A stretch of DNA of 64,000 nucleotides, taken from NCBI GenBank assembly GCA_965202585.1, contig OZ241833.1, positions 39,184,001-39,248,000 of the forward strand, in the 5' to 3' direction. The position numbers and the translations under genes were made by a program. Positions 41,151-52,997 of the stretch are shown here, piece by piece (position 1 is the first letter of the stretch; each line of letters begins with the position of its first letter). Origin of the DNA: Thalia democratica. Taxonomy: Eukaryota. A model generated the notes under the pieces. It ran no database searches. It worked only from the letters and a program-made list of their open reading frames with translations, and was not told the origin of the DNA.

Positions 41151-42344
41151 ACAAACTTTAATTTAACATCTGTTGAATTAAATTTTATAAACGTATACTG
41201 AAGCCAAGGGTTGCCAAAAGTAGATAATTCCGAATACTTAATAATTTTTTAATGTTTTAGCTTAAAATGTTGCACTCAAGTAAATTATGTATTTATAAAA
41301 CTTTCAAACTTAAATTTGGTGAAATGATATAACAAAAATAGAACTATAAATACTTAATAAAATTAAACAAAAAATTACATACTTGTGAAATAAGTAATTA
41401 ATAAATTGAATAAAATTTATACAATATCTGATCCATTAGCATCCTGCCTGGTCAAAATCTTTTTTGGAACTAAATTAGAGTCAGATCTGGATCTTTGCAG
41501 TTATGAGAAATAAGGCTTAGAACCAATGATGCAACAATTCATAACAAAATTTATGCTTAGTGATTTATAAAAGCAGTTTATATTTTTTGAGTATAAAATT
41601 TTGTAATATATATATATTTTTTTTAATAATATATACATCACGCAAACTATGTTGCCTAATTTATATTAAGTAATCTAAATAAGTCTTTAGATTTGATGAA
41701 TAAAATTCATTTATGGACAACACTGATACAATATAATAAATTAGTATGAAAGCATTTTATATTTTTTATGTCCAATATAGTAATACAAATACCAAGCTGC
41801 CCGCAGAGAGTTCTAAGCACAAACGTGCTAGAAAGCCATCCCGTCTGTAGGAAAAGTCTAGGCAAAAAGGTCAGGTTAGTAGCCTACGCACAGACAACCA
41901 GACTCAACTAAGACTTTAGAAGTTGGCCCACCAACATCCATAGCTCACAAATTTTTATCAATTTTTTATTTGTTAAACTATTTTTTGGAGTGAAAGATTG
42001 TTATACAAACAAATTCTCAAAATAATTAAAGTTATAGTATTCTCTTTACAAGGTTTCTAAAAAAACCTGGAACCATGGAACTTGACAATTTAGACTAAAA
42101 AATTTCGGAAAATCTTAAATTTGAGAAGTTAAAAAAAAAACTGGAATTTTGAACAAAAATCACGATAAAAACTGGAATATTAAACAATTATAACATGTTA
42201 AGTAGTTAAACAATTTGACACAATGCAATTTATCATATATATTAAAAATGTATTACCATCATATTTTTTCTTCATTCAAAAACACTTTTAAAGTAGCTTT
42301 ACAGTATCTTTTTAATGTTTATATATTTTGTTTTAATATTTTGT

Positions 42345-42800
42345 TAAAAACTTATTTTTTATTGATGTCGAAAAAAAATTATATTTTTTTAAGGATTTAA
42401 AATATCTCGAGGTGACTTATTACAGTTAAAGATCACTTAGAGCAGCTTTATGTCTTGAAAAGTGGCAACCTTGAATAATATGAATGTTGTCGGTAGTTTA
42501 CTTATGATCCTGATTCCTGGTAGATGTTGACTGTTTTTATACTTTGTTTCATAACGAATTTTGCTAAGAACTTGATTTTTATTGATGTCGAAAAGATATT
42601 AAATTTTTTTTAAGGATTTGAAAAATTTTGAGGTGACTCGGGACAGTTTAACGTCACTAAGGGCAGCCTTTTTCACTTAAAGAGTGGCAACTGCCTTTTT
42701 CACTTAAAGAGTGGCAACTGCCTTTTTCACTTAATAAGTGACAATAATGAATAATGTAAATATTGTTGGTAGTTTGTTTATGATCCAGGTAGATGTTGAC
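42345..42800 (+). repeat. ~220-bp tandem duplication containing a 27-bp x3 repeat
   Basis: TTTTATTGATGTCGAAAA...GGTAGATGTTGAC occurs twice; GCCTTTTTCACTTAAAGAGTGGCAACT starts at 42666 and 42693, with a diverged partial third copy at 42720. Confidence 0.8.
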
Positions 42801-42829
42801 CACGCACAAATAAAACATTAAGCCTTGCT

Positions 42830-43793
42830 ATTTGTTCATGATGTGGATACAAGGTGTACCTCAATATTTATTATGCTAGAGAGACTGAAAACGTAAAATC
42901 AGATGTCCGGTACTATGTGGTTAACTTTAAAAACGATCAAGATTCGAATGTTACACCTGAAGGATATCAGCTAGTTAATGATATTGTTCTACTGCTCGAC
43001 CCTTTTTTTTTCATAACAAAGAAGTGTAATAAAAACAATGCATTACTCTCAAGCGTGATCTCGCATGAAAAATCACTGATAAAGTTTGTTAACTTTTATG
43101 AAAATTCAGAAGAAGTATCAAGTGTTTGTAAAACCTAAGATAAATATATAGAAGAGGCTTGCGAAGGAAGGTTCTATACCATTAACAACAACTAACTTAA
43201 ACCTTAATGACAAAACATAATGTTAGTCACAACAGCTGTTGATCCACGATTTCGACTTTCCTCTTTTCTTTCTAACCTCAAAAACAATGTAAAAGAGCAG
43301 CTAAAATTAAATATTAAAAAATATATCTGTTTCGAGGCTAATTAATGTGGGGATTCTCCTATACTACCACCAGAAAAACTAAAACCACAACACTCTGTAA
43401 GTTTTGATCCAAAAAGTTTTTAACTCACAATTATTTGTTCAAAATAGAATCAAACATAACACAGGAGGACGAGCAAAAGTATTCTATTGGTGAAAAAATT
43501 GAAGCAGAAATAAGAGCATTTTTACTACAGAAAATTTGAATGCAGAAACTGAAGAGCGTAAAGTCTTAAACTGTTGGAACTTTGACAAGACAAAATACCC
43601 ACATCTTGCCAGTTTTGCAAGGAAGTATCGTGCTGCACCATCATCTTCTGTCTTTCCTGAAAGATTATTTTCTAAAGCTTGGAATGTTTTTGAGCAAAAG
43701 CACAATCGATGCTTCCAAAGACCGGCGAAAAACTTATATTTATCCACAACAACTTTAAAAAACAAAAACATTGTTTTTATGTTAGTAAAGTAA
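42830..43793 (+). mobile_element. Degraded hAT-family transposase (C-terminal half including the dimerisation domain)
   Basis: Motifs VTPEGYQLVNDIVLLLDPFFFITKKC...SSVI, TAVDPRF and WNFDKTKYPHLASFARKYRAAPSSSVFPERLFSKA match the hAT insertion-domain and C-terminal dimerisation consensus; several stops and a frameshift. Confidence 0.85.
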
Positions 43794-44209
43794 ATAAGAA
43801 CCAATTGAAAATTTATAAAAAATCAAATACAATTTAGCTTAATTATTGTTTAATATACAAACTGAAAGATAACAAAGCACAAAAAAATAATGTTGTAGCT
43901 TAGAAACAGTTTATAGTTTTAAAACTTTTGATACAATGCATTAGTTACTCTTTTAATTTTTTTATAAATTCCATGTTGTTTTACTAAATGCAATTTTTAA
44001 CATTTATAAGTGTGTATACTTAATATTTAACGGTTTTAATCTAAAAATTCATTTAAAAAATTACAAAATTTTTGGGACTAATACTACTTTTAAAAATACA
44101 GTTGTGAGAAAGTTATAGAATTGTTACAAATTTTATTAACAAAAAAGCAACAACTTTATATAATTTATATAATGGACGAAACCGGTCGTAAATTGTCTCA
44201 GATACTCAG

Positions 44210-44306
44210 ATTAACGGATTAACAAACTTCAACTGGGTTATGAATGAAAAAAAGAACTGTTCTTTCTTTAATTCGTAACCCAGTTGAAGTCTGTTAATCC
44301 GTTAAT
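44210..44306. repeat. 97-bp near-perfect palindrome (hairpin)
   Basis: Arms 44210-44245 and 44271-44306 are 34/36 complementary; the spacer is itself partly self-complementary (AAAGAAC/GTTCTTT). Confidence 0.9.
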
Positions 44307-44734
44307 ACACAGAAACATATATCGGTATAATAAGCAAGGACTGTATAATTTGTTTTTATTATATATTCCAGTGAACTTGTATTAATAGGATCTTTTATTA
44401 CCAAACACTTAAATTTATATTTTGAATAGCTAATTTAATATAACATACTTAAGCACTGTGTAAATTAAAAAGTAAAACTACAAATATATTAAACAAGACA
44501 GAATTTTTTTTGGTGATTTATTAGCTAATTTTGTAGATACTTAATAATTAAAAGCTACTAAAAACCTTAACAATTTTTTTTTGTTTATATATTAGTAAAA
44601 CAGACTATTAAGATATTAACAAACAATGAAAAATATTTTGAAAAATGCAACTTAGTGCAATTAAATACAAGTAAACGACTAAAAATAAATTAATTTAACT
44701 TTTGCTTTTTTGATTTAAACTTCATTTAAAACAG

Positions 44735-44855
44735 TTATAGTTTATTAAACAACAAAGAAATAGACGATCAAAATACTTGGTACTAGGACCTGGTGCACAA
44801 AGAATCTTATGGTTATTGAGACATACACCGTAGATACCTTATAATGTATTGTTCA
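44735..44855 (+). repeat. Dispersed AGGACCTGGTGCACA repeat (copy 2)
   Basis: Aligns by eye with 41025-41150. Confidence 0.7.
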
Positions 44856-46479
44856 GGAAAATTACATAACTTTTACTACAAGCTTCTGAGTAAACAAACG
44901 TAAGTCATTAAGCAATTTTGTTGGCTCATGAAAAAAGATGACAAATAGTAATTTTAGTGGATATTTATCTTTTGTGTTTTAAAACGGAAGTTAAAAATAT
45001 ACCAGAAACTGTGTAACTGTGACTATATGTAATTAATTTTAATACTGACCATACTAGTTATCAGCAAAGATACTTTAGAAAATTAAAAAAAAAGATTAAT
45101 ATTGCACCAGTCATATTTGTTTTATTCTCAACAGTTTCGTTACAAGAAGAAGACATAAAATATAATATTACAAACTATGTCTAATTGGACAACTTGACAC
45201 TTAATATGCATATATTTAAAACAACTAAATTTCAAAACAGAATTCTTTATGGGAGTTGTTATATATATATATATATATCTTTTGAATAATAGTTTAACTC
45301 CTAACTACCTAAATAAACACAAAAAAGTTCTTAAATGTACTGATTATAGTTCTTATATTTACTACTAGTTAAAATAACAAGATAAAAGTTTTATGTTTAC
45401 AGAAATTTGTTTAAAATTTTACATGGCTTATACGGTTTCACTTTTGCAAGAGCAGTCAATTTTGCTTTTTAAATTGACCACTTGTGCAAAACTGACTCCG
45501 ACCCTCCTTTTACGTATACCTCGTTAAAATTAAAGCTATAAATATTACTACTTGAATTTTTATTTCCTTTTTATAAAATAACTTTTAACGACGATAGAAG
45601 TTTCGAATCTTGAATTTCAAAACTATACTGAAAAGAAAATTTGGTTGCTTGTAAAGCTAATAGAACTAATTGATTTTTTTAAAATTTTATAGTTAATGAG
45701 TAAACCTTAAGCTATTTTATACTTATTTTAAAATCTATTGCAAATGTTTAACATTTGAAAATTGTATAACTAAAAATTTATTGTTTGTTTTATATAATAT
45801 TAGTATCAAAAGAGTTATTCTTAAGTAACCTTATTTACTAAAAATACTTGAAAGTTATTATTTCATTTTAATGTATATTTATTATATGCTGTAAGTAAAA
45901 TAACAGAAGTTATAAACATTTTTTATATGGTTTAAATAAATATAGTAATCTAAAAAACACATAAGTTATGTCTTAGTTAAACTAGCTTAAAGTTATTTTC
46001 AGTATATTTTTTAACTTATCCTAATAAGAAGAGTCCAGATAATAATTTATTATATTTTCGTGTCGACAACTGGGTTTTTTATTTTGCTGTATTCAAAGCC
46101 TTCTTAACAATTTTTTCAACAATAGGCAACTTTTTTTAAGTTTAGGTCTTTCTTATAACTTTCTTAAATACTTAACTAGCCTGAGTGTGTCACATCTAAT
46201 TTCTCTTCTTAGTTCAAACTAAAATGAGTAAATTAAAGTTTGAAATGCTTTTTATTCTTCATGAATGTGTACTCCTTTGGTTTAACAAATTTTAAGATTA
46301 TTTATAAAATTGTAGTTTTTTTCTTCAAAGTTTAACACTTCTGTGCAGTTTAAAACGATATTTAACATAATAAAAATTAGTTATTAATATTGGTTGTAAC
46401 TCTCTTGTTTTCATTGTTTCATTATTCTAGCTTAAAGTTTGCAGTGCATAGTAACTTAAACTTGTTCTGTTAAAGGGCT

Positions 46480-46860
46480 AATTAAATGGCGGAGTCTAGA
46501 TCTGTTCGCAAGTTTTTATGGAATATTACATTTACTTTATTTCATTTAAATTTTTTATTTCTCATTAATGCGCAGAATTTTACATAAAATGCAAAAATGT
46601 TTTCCAGCAAAACGGTCCTACTCTAAATTGAGGTCAACTTTAAATGCAACAGTAAAGCAATTAAAATATATCAAGTAGGAGTATATAAAAAGATAAAATT
46701 ATAAAATAATTTTAGCAACTGTCATTGTCAAAATTCTTTTTCTCAAAGAGCAAAGACTATGTGGAACAAATTACAACAGGATGTAGTATTGTGTGAGAAG
46801 GTGGAACTTTTTCGCTTAAAAGTAAACACATATAATTTAAATAGTCTAAATAGCAGTAAA
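46480..46860 (+). mobile_element. 3' fragment of a CR1/L2-type LINE ORF2
   Basis: WRSLDLFASFYGILH and SNCHCQNSFSQRAKTMWNKLQQDVVLCEKVELFRLKV resemble the CR1 C-terminal consensus (RRxxxDLxxxYKIL...FFSxRVVxxWNxLPxxVVxxxSxxxFKxxL). Confidence 0.7.
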
Positions 46861-46994
46861 AATCAGAAAATTTTCTCTAAAACAATACAGAAAAGCAAAT
46901 GATTCTATAATTGTATTATATTTATCTGATCTAAATTAGCTACCGATTTCTTCATTTTGCTATTTGTAATAAGTCCTGGAGATGACTTTAAACT

Positions 46995-47095
46995 GCTCTT
47001 GTGTATGACTCAAAAATGAAAAGACTTTTTTGTGCACCAGGTCCTTAGACAAAACTTTTTTAGCGTTTTTTGTCGTTCAATAAACAATATATAGA
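46995..47095 (-). repeat. Dispersed AGGACCTGGTGCACA repeat (copy 3, inverted)
   Basis: TGTGCACCAGGTCCT core plus GTCGTTCAATAAAC, the reverse complement of copy 1. Confidence 0.7.
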
Positions 47096-47824
47096 TTATT
47101 TTTGTTTCCCTATGCCTCCCCCTGACAGAATATTAATCAAATTTTATTATTTTTGTAGAAATAATTTTGTAAATGTTAAGTAATCTACTTTTATATCAAT
47201 CACATAAGTTTAAGGCTGTTAATTTTTTATAAGTTTGACTATGTTTGATGATTTATTTATGTTTATTTTTTGTTGTTTATATATGTTTTTATTTTCATTT
47301 TTCTCATTGTGTTTCCTGCTAAAGTGGCTCAGGTTTTGATGCCATAGTCCAACACTGCACAACAAACAATTTAATGATAATAATAAAATCAGTTTTTTTC
47401 ATTTGTTTTATTAGGCGGACCAGCTTTTTTAATGCTTCACCGTGATAGATAAATAAACAACCAATTAGCCTACAAAATGAAAACATTACTTGTAATCAAA
47501 AATAGTTTCCGTTTTGATCTGTTCGCTACTTAAAAAATACTAAATTTAGTTTTAAGAGTTTTAAAACAAAATAGCTTTGTGATGCTTTAATAACTTTGTT
47601 GCTTTTGAGTACCTGTAATTGAAAAAAAAAACTTTTAACTTCTTTTGCTTTATTTTTAACCTAAACTTTTATTTTTTAATAAATTTCACAATCTAACAAA
47701 CTTTGAAATACACTTTTACTTGAAAAAAAGCAATATAAACTTTTCTACATATAAATTTAAAAAAAGGCTTTTTCAAGTGTTCAAAAAAAAGTTATATTTT
47801 TTCAAATAGATAAAGAAAGTTTAT

Positions 47825-49567
47825 TCAAAGTCTACTTAAACTAAAAACAACTAGATAAGCGGGAATCAAGCCTATCATTGGCCGAACTGTTGTTATTTCG
47901 CTATTTTCGAAACAGCACCCTCTGGTGTCAGAGTTGGGAGAAGTTTCAGCGCTTTTACCTTCGCTCGCAAGAAACACGAACGACATCTTTCTGACTTGTC
48001 CGTTGGTGACGCAGTGGCTGGTCCCTTTCATGAGTTCGAAATACAACCTGGTGGACACGTCACAGTCGCAGTCTTCGAAGCAGCATTCGCACTGTTTCAC
48101 GATATCCTCGGGGCTCGCCGGGTAGCCTCTTGCCAGAACGTCTGACACCTCGTTCGCCTTGACTCCGTGCATATAGAGGAAACCGTCGCGCATCTTTTCA
48201 ACCTCACTCTCATCGACTGGGTTGATCCTGTATATTTGCAGAACTGTCGGGTTACTGTTCAGATTTCCCTCAATCATTGACCCGAGCACAAACTGGTAAT
48301 CTCGATTTGAAGTTTGCAACAGCTCTGCTTTGTACTTGATGCTAGCGTTTATTTCAGTGATGCTGCTCATTTCAAACAACAATTGCTGCATGAACGAGTT
48401 TACTTTGCATTCAAATTGATGTTTTGCAAGTTCAATTTCTGCGCGCTGATTTACGATTATTTCTTCTTCAAGCTTGGTAACAAAACTGTTAGTAGAGTAG
48501 TCTTCAGCAGAACTGTTTTCAATCACAGTGCCTTTTTGCGGTTCTGAAACTGAAGGGTCTTTTGAAAACTTGGTCTCGCGGAGTTCGCCGTATAAAATAT
48601 GCTTCACAAGCTCGCGTGCGCTTTGCTTTATTTCGATTTCTATCATGTAAGCGAGAGTAACTAGGTCATGGTGAGCCACGGCTATTCTTTTTTCGTCATC
48701 AACCACTTGAAACGTGCCAGAAAGAATTTTATTTCCATCGCTGTCAAGTTTACGATTCAAAGATTGTTTGAATCGAATTTGTTTTTCATAAAAAGGATTT
48801 CCGTCAAAAACCTTTAAAACGGGCTCATAACTAAACCTGGAATCGTGACACTGAAACGACGTTTTTACAAACGGAGTCGAAGGAATCTTCTTTACAAATA
48901 ATGGTCGGCAAGTTTTAACAAACTTCCCTTCCTTACATTCTCTACAAATACCACTTGAACTTGTTAGCGTCTCTTTCACTTTGTTAACAAACAAGTACGT
49001 TACTTGTTTAGCGGTCCCTTCGTCTTCAACATAGCATTGGCCGTAACGATGAGCAATTTCAAAGCTATTAGTCAAATATATTCCGGGACCAAATCTGCCG
49101 GACGACGAAGGCATCAGTCCATCTTTCAAAATTCCCTCAACGTTGCACTCTTTGGTGCCGTGCAGAAGCAGCAAGCCCGGACAACTGCAACGTTCCACAT
49201 TTGATTTGACCCTGTAAATTCTGAGAGAAATGTTTTTATTCGAGTAGTTTTTCAACTGCAACACTTTTGTTTCAGTGATCAGACCGAGTGCTCCTTTCAA
49301 AAGATCGTAATCGGGATCGTCGTTTTTCAACAGCTGAAGCTCGTGCTTTGAATCCGAAAGAGGTTTTTTGAAAGCCGAAGTATCGTGTTCAAATAGTTTA
49401 ACTGCTCGTTTTACCAAATTTTCTCTCCTTGCTTTAAATTTTTTTTCCATATTTTTAATTTTAATGTTTGTTCTCTGTTTTTCTTTTTCGCATAATTGGC
49501 GCAAAAAGTTCTGAGGACCAGGAAACTGTGTTAGTAGCTGGTTTAAGTGTTCTTCATTTGAGTACAT
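47825..49567 (-). CDS. 580-aa protein with two tandem PARP-like (ADP-ribosyltransferase) domains; single coding exon
   Basis: Domain 1: LRIYRV...LLLHGTKECNVEGILKDGL...GRFGPGIYLTNSFEIAHRY...DSDGNKILSG...IAVAHHDLVTLAYMIE, colinear with the PARP1-type catalytic fold. Domain 2: LQIYRI...FLYMHGVKANEVSDVLARGY...SEITTV...IPAYLVVF. AATAAA overlaps the TGA. Confidence 0.88.
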   Translation of the reverse strand: MYSNEEHLNQLLTQFPGPQNFLRQLCEKEKQRTNIKIKNMEKKFKARRENLVKRAVKLFEHDTSAFKKPLSDSKHELQLLKNDDPDYDLLKGALGLITETKVLQLKNYSNKNISLRIYRVKSNVERCSCPGLLLLHGTKECNVEGILKDGLMPSSSGRFGPGIYLTNSFEIAHRYGQCYVEDEGTAKQVTYLFVNKVKETLTSSSGICRECKEGKFVKTCRPLFVKKIPSTPFVKTSFQCHDSRFSYEPVLKVFDGNPFYEKQIRFKQSLNRKLDSDGNKILSGTFQVVDDEKRIAVAHHDLVTLAYMIEIEIKQSARELVKHILYGELRETKFSKDPSVSEPQKGTVIENSSAEDYSTNSFVTKLEEEIIVNQRAEIELAKHQFECKVNSFMQQLLFEMSSITEINASIKYKAELLQTSNRDYQFVLGSMIEGNLNSNPTVLQIYRINPVDESEVEKMRDGFLYMHGVKANEVSDVLARGYPASPEDIVKQCECCFEDCDCDVSTRLYFELMKGTSHCVTNGQVRKMSFVFLASEGKSAETSPNSDTRGCCFENSEITTVRPMIGLIPAYLVVFSLSRL

Positions 49568-49586
49568 GATGTATTTATTTTATTAT

Positions 49587-50131
49587 CTGTAAAAGTAAGT
49601 ATTAAAGGAACAAGTCTTTAGTTTTAGTTGTGATAAAAAAGGTAAACTATTCTAAAGTATTCATATTAATTTAAACGAAATATAAATACTTGTCTCAAAT
49701 GTTACTTAAATAAATCTAAACCCCTGTAAATAATTTTGAATCTAGAAAAATTGTATATAATTTTTTTTTGAATCTTTACATTTAAATATATTTATTTTAC
49801 CGATGAAAATTGTTCGTTTTACTAATGTTAGTAAATAGTTAACGAACAGACAGTGTTTTTTATAAATACTAAAATTACTGTTTTTTTATTTATAGTAGGC
49901 AGTCTGCTATTTCAGTTTTAGTATGTTTTCTATTTAACATTTTTTGACTGTTGAGTCTGTTAACGAAAAGTGATAGTATTAATGTTAAAAATTTCCTAAA
50001 AATTTACTAATGAAATTTTTAAATAATAATAAAATAATGACACTTTTTAAAATCATAAATAAATTTTGACTATTTTTATAAAATAGATTATAAAACATTA
50101 ACCTTTTTACACCAAGACTTGTTGTACTTAC
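49587..50131 (-). other. Putative 5'-UTR intron of the double-PARP gene
   Basis: Minus-strand donor AAG|GTAAGT at 50132/50131 and acceptor TTACTTTTACAG at 49587; the 19 nt between acceptor and ATG contain in-frame TAA TAA, so the ATG at 49567 is the start. Confidence 0.5.
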
Positions 50132-50643
50132 CTTTTGTCTGTTGTAATGTAAATTGATTTTAAAACAGTTAAGAATATTTTGTGTGATAATTGAAAAGAA
50201 ATACATTTTATAAAATCACATAAGACTTTCATATTTAATAAACTAATTATAGTAAAGGGATATTGATTTCCTAACTCAGTTTGGTTATTACAAACAAAAT
50301 TATTACAAATTAAAACAGTCTAAATTTTAAAAGTAAAATTGATTTTTAGAGAACGCAAAATATAAGTTCTTAATTTTAATATTAACTTATTTTTATATAG
50401 AAAATGTAGTATATATTTTTTCAAGACTTTTTTATTACTTTGACTAACACTTAGTTTGCATAATATAGTTTTGAAAAATAAATATACTATTTCTCCTCTA
50501 GTAGTTGCAGTCTCCTTTTTTCGAAAAATTAATACATAAAACAAAAAACATTAAATGTAAGGTTTTGCTTATGTTACGCTTATGCCATCTTCTCTATTAG
50601 TGTTTTTTAATAAAAAATTTATAAAGTATATGACCATTTAACA

Positions 50644-50965
50644 CACAGTTTCCCAAAGTGGGCTATATAGCTCTTAGGTGCCCATAAGCTGCACTTGGGG
50701 GAATGAATAGTAAACGGACAGAGGTGGGCCATGAGGCCATAATTTGGTCTTACACTAAATGTTCTGGAGTTAATGATGAATACAAAAAAATGTTCTAAGG
50801 CTTATTTAAGAGTAACAAGATAATACAGTAAAGTTTCAGTTTTATAGGGGCTACAACCTGTAAAAGGGGGAAAAATAAAAACATAATTTAAAACCTACAT
50901 TAGATATTCTAGAATTAATGATGAAGAAAAAAATTGCAGGGTACAATAAACTTTGGGAAACGCTG
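50644..50965. mobile_element. hAT (Charlie-like) MITE, 322 bp
   Basis: TIRs CACAGTTTCCCAAAGTG / AACTTTGGGAAACGCTG; perfect 8-bp TSD ATTTAACA at 50636-50643 and 50966-50973. Confidence 0.9.
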
Positions 50966-51909
50966 ATTTAACATGATTTTTTAAATAATATTTTAGTCTA
51001 AATTAAAACATAACAGCATAGATGAAAAACTAATATATTTGGGTGTTTGTAGATTTAGTCTTCTTATAAAATTTCGCTTAAAAGACTATGGCAATCTTGA
51101 TTACTTCTAGTAAAAAGGTAGATTGATTTTTTTAAGCGGGTTGCACATACTTCACTCATTTTGTGAAAAGTTCAATTATTCTACAAAACTATGTTAAGAA
51201 ATGAAGCATTACGTTTATGATAAAGCTTTGTTTTTCACAAAACGAGCATAGTAAAAGGTTTAATAAAGGTTTGCCACTTTTTTAAGAAAAATTAAGAGCC
51301 TGAGTTTTTGATAAAAATAACATTTTAGTACATACAGACCAAATAATAAACATTACTGTATTTAAGTCCTTAAAATGTTCATTTAATAACAAGATTTAAT
51401 AACTAAGGAAGATATTGTTTAGAGTCATTAACACTAGCATACGAATTTTAAAAAATTCAAATTAATCTAGTTATAGAAAAATTCAAACAAAACTAAGTTA
51501 GCATTTATTTTACTACAAAAAAAAGTACTTTGAAGTTAAAAACTACACACTACTAACTAGTATCCTGCACATTGAATACAATAAGTGTTTTGTTAGTTTA
51601 GTTTTTTTAACTATCAAAACATAAAAAAACAACTTACAAAAAAAAGTTTTAGAAATAATGTACATGAATATTTTGCAGTTTTACCTCTGTCACTAAGTCT
51701 TTTAACAAGGGAAATGTAACAAAAAAATTGGAGTAGCACTAGTAGCAAATTAAAATAGTAGCACTAAGTATGTTAATGTACTTTTTAACCTAATGTAGCA
51801 GTGCTAAACACTAAAAACTATCACTTTAAAACAGGAGGAAATTTAAGTTATTTATCTTGACTTAAAAATTTCAAAGCACAATATTTTCTTTGTTCTTTGG
51901 TTTTTTTTT

Positions 51910-52705
51910 TATACAATTTAATAGCTAAACAACAGAGCCATAAAAACTTTTTTTGAGTTAAATGGGTTGTTGCTAGAGCCCACAATAAAAATTGGAAAAA
52001 TTTGGTTTTATTTATTTCGCGGAACATACGTCAAAAATTATATATATTTTTAAGTTATTTTCATTGATATGTTTCAGTAAACTAACTTTTTTCCTCAGTG
52101 TCTTGTTTTTTATATAAACTTAATATTTTTTGAGATATAGGGTACTTTTGTTTTATCAGTTAAGTCTTTAATTGTGGTCCCCTACTTTAAGTTTTTATAG
52201 GAAATCTAATTTCACTGACGAATGAAAATATTTTGTTAAACATTAATGTAAAAAACATTAATGAAAAAACATTAATGAAAAAAAAACAAAAGGTTTTATA
52301 ACTATTTTTTGGTTTTTGCAACATGTTTTTATAAAAAGAAATAAATAAAAATTTTATTGTACTTTGATATTTTAGAAAAAATCTTTATTTTTCAGTGAAT
52401 TTTAATATTTTTAAAAATCTTTAAAAGACCATAATTATAGACCAAAACTAAAACTAAGAATGTACCTTATGTCTCGAAATTATATTAAAAAATAGACACT
52501 AAATAATTATGTTCATACATCTGACATACTTTATGACAAAAAATAACTTAAAAACATGTGTATGGTTTGATGTATTTTCAAATAAATAAAAAAGCCAAAA
52601 TGACCTACTTTTTCTATGGGCTCTAGAGCATTATCTTAAATAAGATTAACTCAAAAAGTTCATATTTTATTTTAACTTTATCACTTAGCTAAAAAATTGT
52701 TTCTT
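51910..52705. mobile_element. Long-arm palindromic MITE-like element (CTAGAGCCCA family), copy 1
   Basis: Roughly 300-bp arms are diverged reverse complements (CTAGAGCCCA/TGGGCTCTAG, AGTGTC/GACACT, GGTAC/GTACC); ends approximate. Confidence 0.65.
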
Positions 52706-52997
52706 ATTATACTTGAAAATTTTTAAAATCAAAGATTAAGAAAATTATAATGTTTTAAAATTTTTGTTTCAAGAAAAATAACTTAATTTTCCCCATATTT
52801 TTAAATGACTGTCAGTATCATTAAACTACACTTAACATAACAATACACTCTTAAATTTTCTATGTTGATCAAGGCAAAATTTTCATCCACAAATTTAAAA
52901 ACTTCACTAGGTTTCTTTTTTTTTTTGAATTTGGGTCAAATGTGTTGGTACTAGAGCCCACGAAAAAAGTGACCATGTTTGCTCCTTTTATTGCTAG

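Noticed and set aside
41790-41945. GC-rich island sharing CCGTCTG and CCCACCAA.ATC.ATAG with 19545-19625; considered as ncRNA or SINE
   Set aside because: The similarity is limited to short words, with no tRNA A/B boxes or stable fold recognised.
45438-45495. Small imperfect inverted repeat (CACTTTTGCA...TGCAAAACTG)
   Set aside because: Too short and degenerate to assign; probably a TE subterminal relic.
47925-49204. Plus-strand ORFs of 66-77 aa
   Set aside because: Antisense shadows of the GC-rich PARP-like ORF; no motifs.
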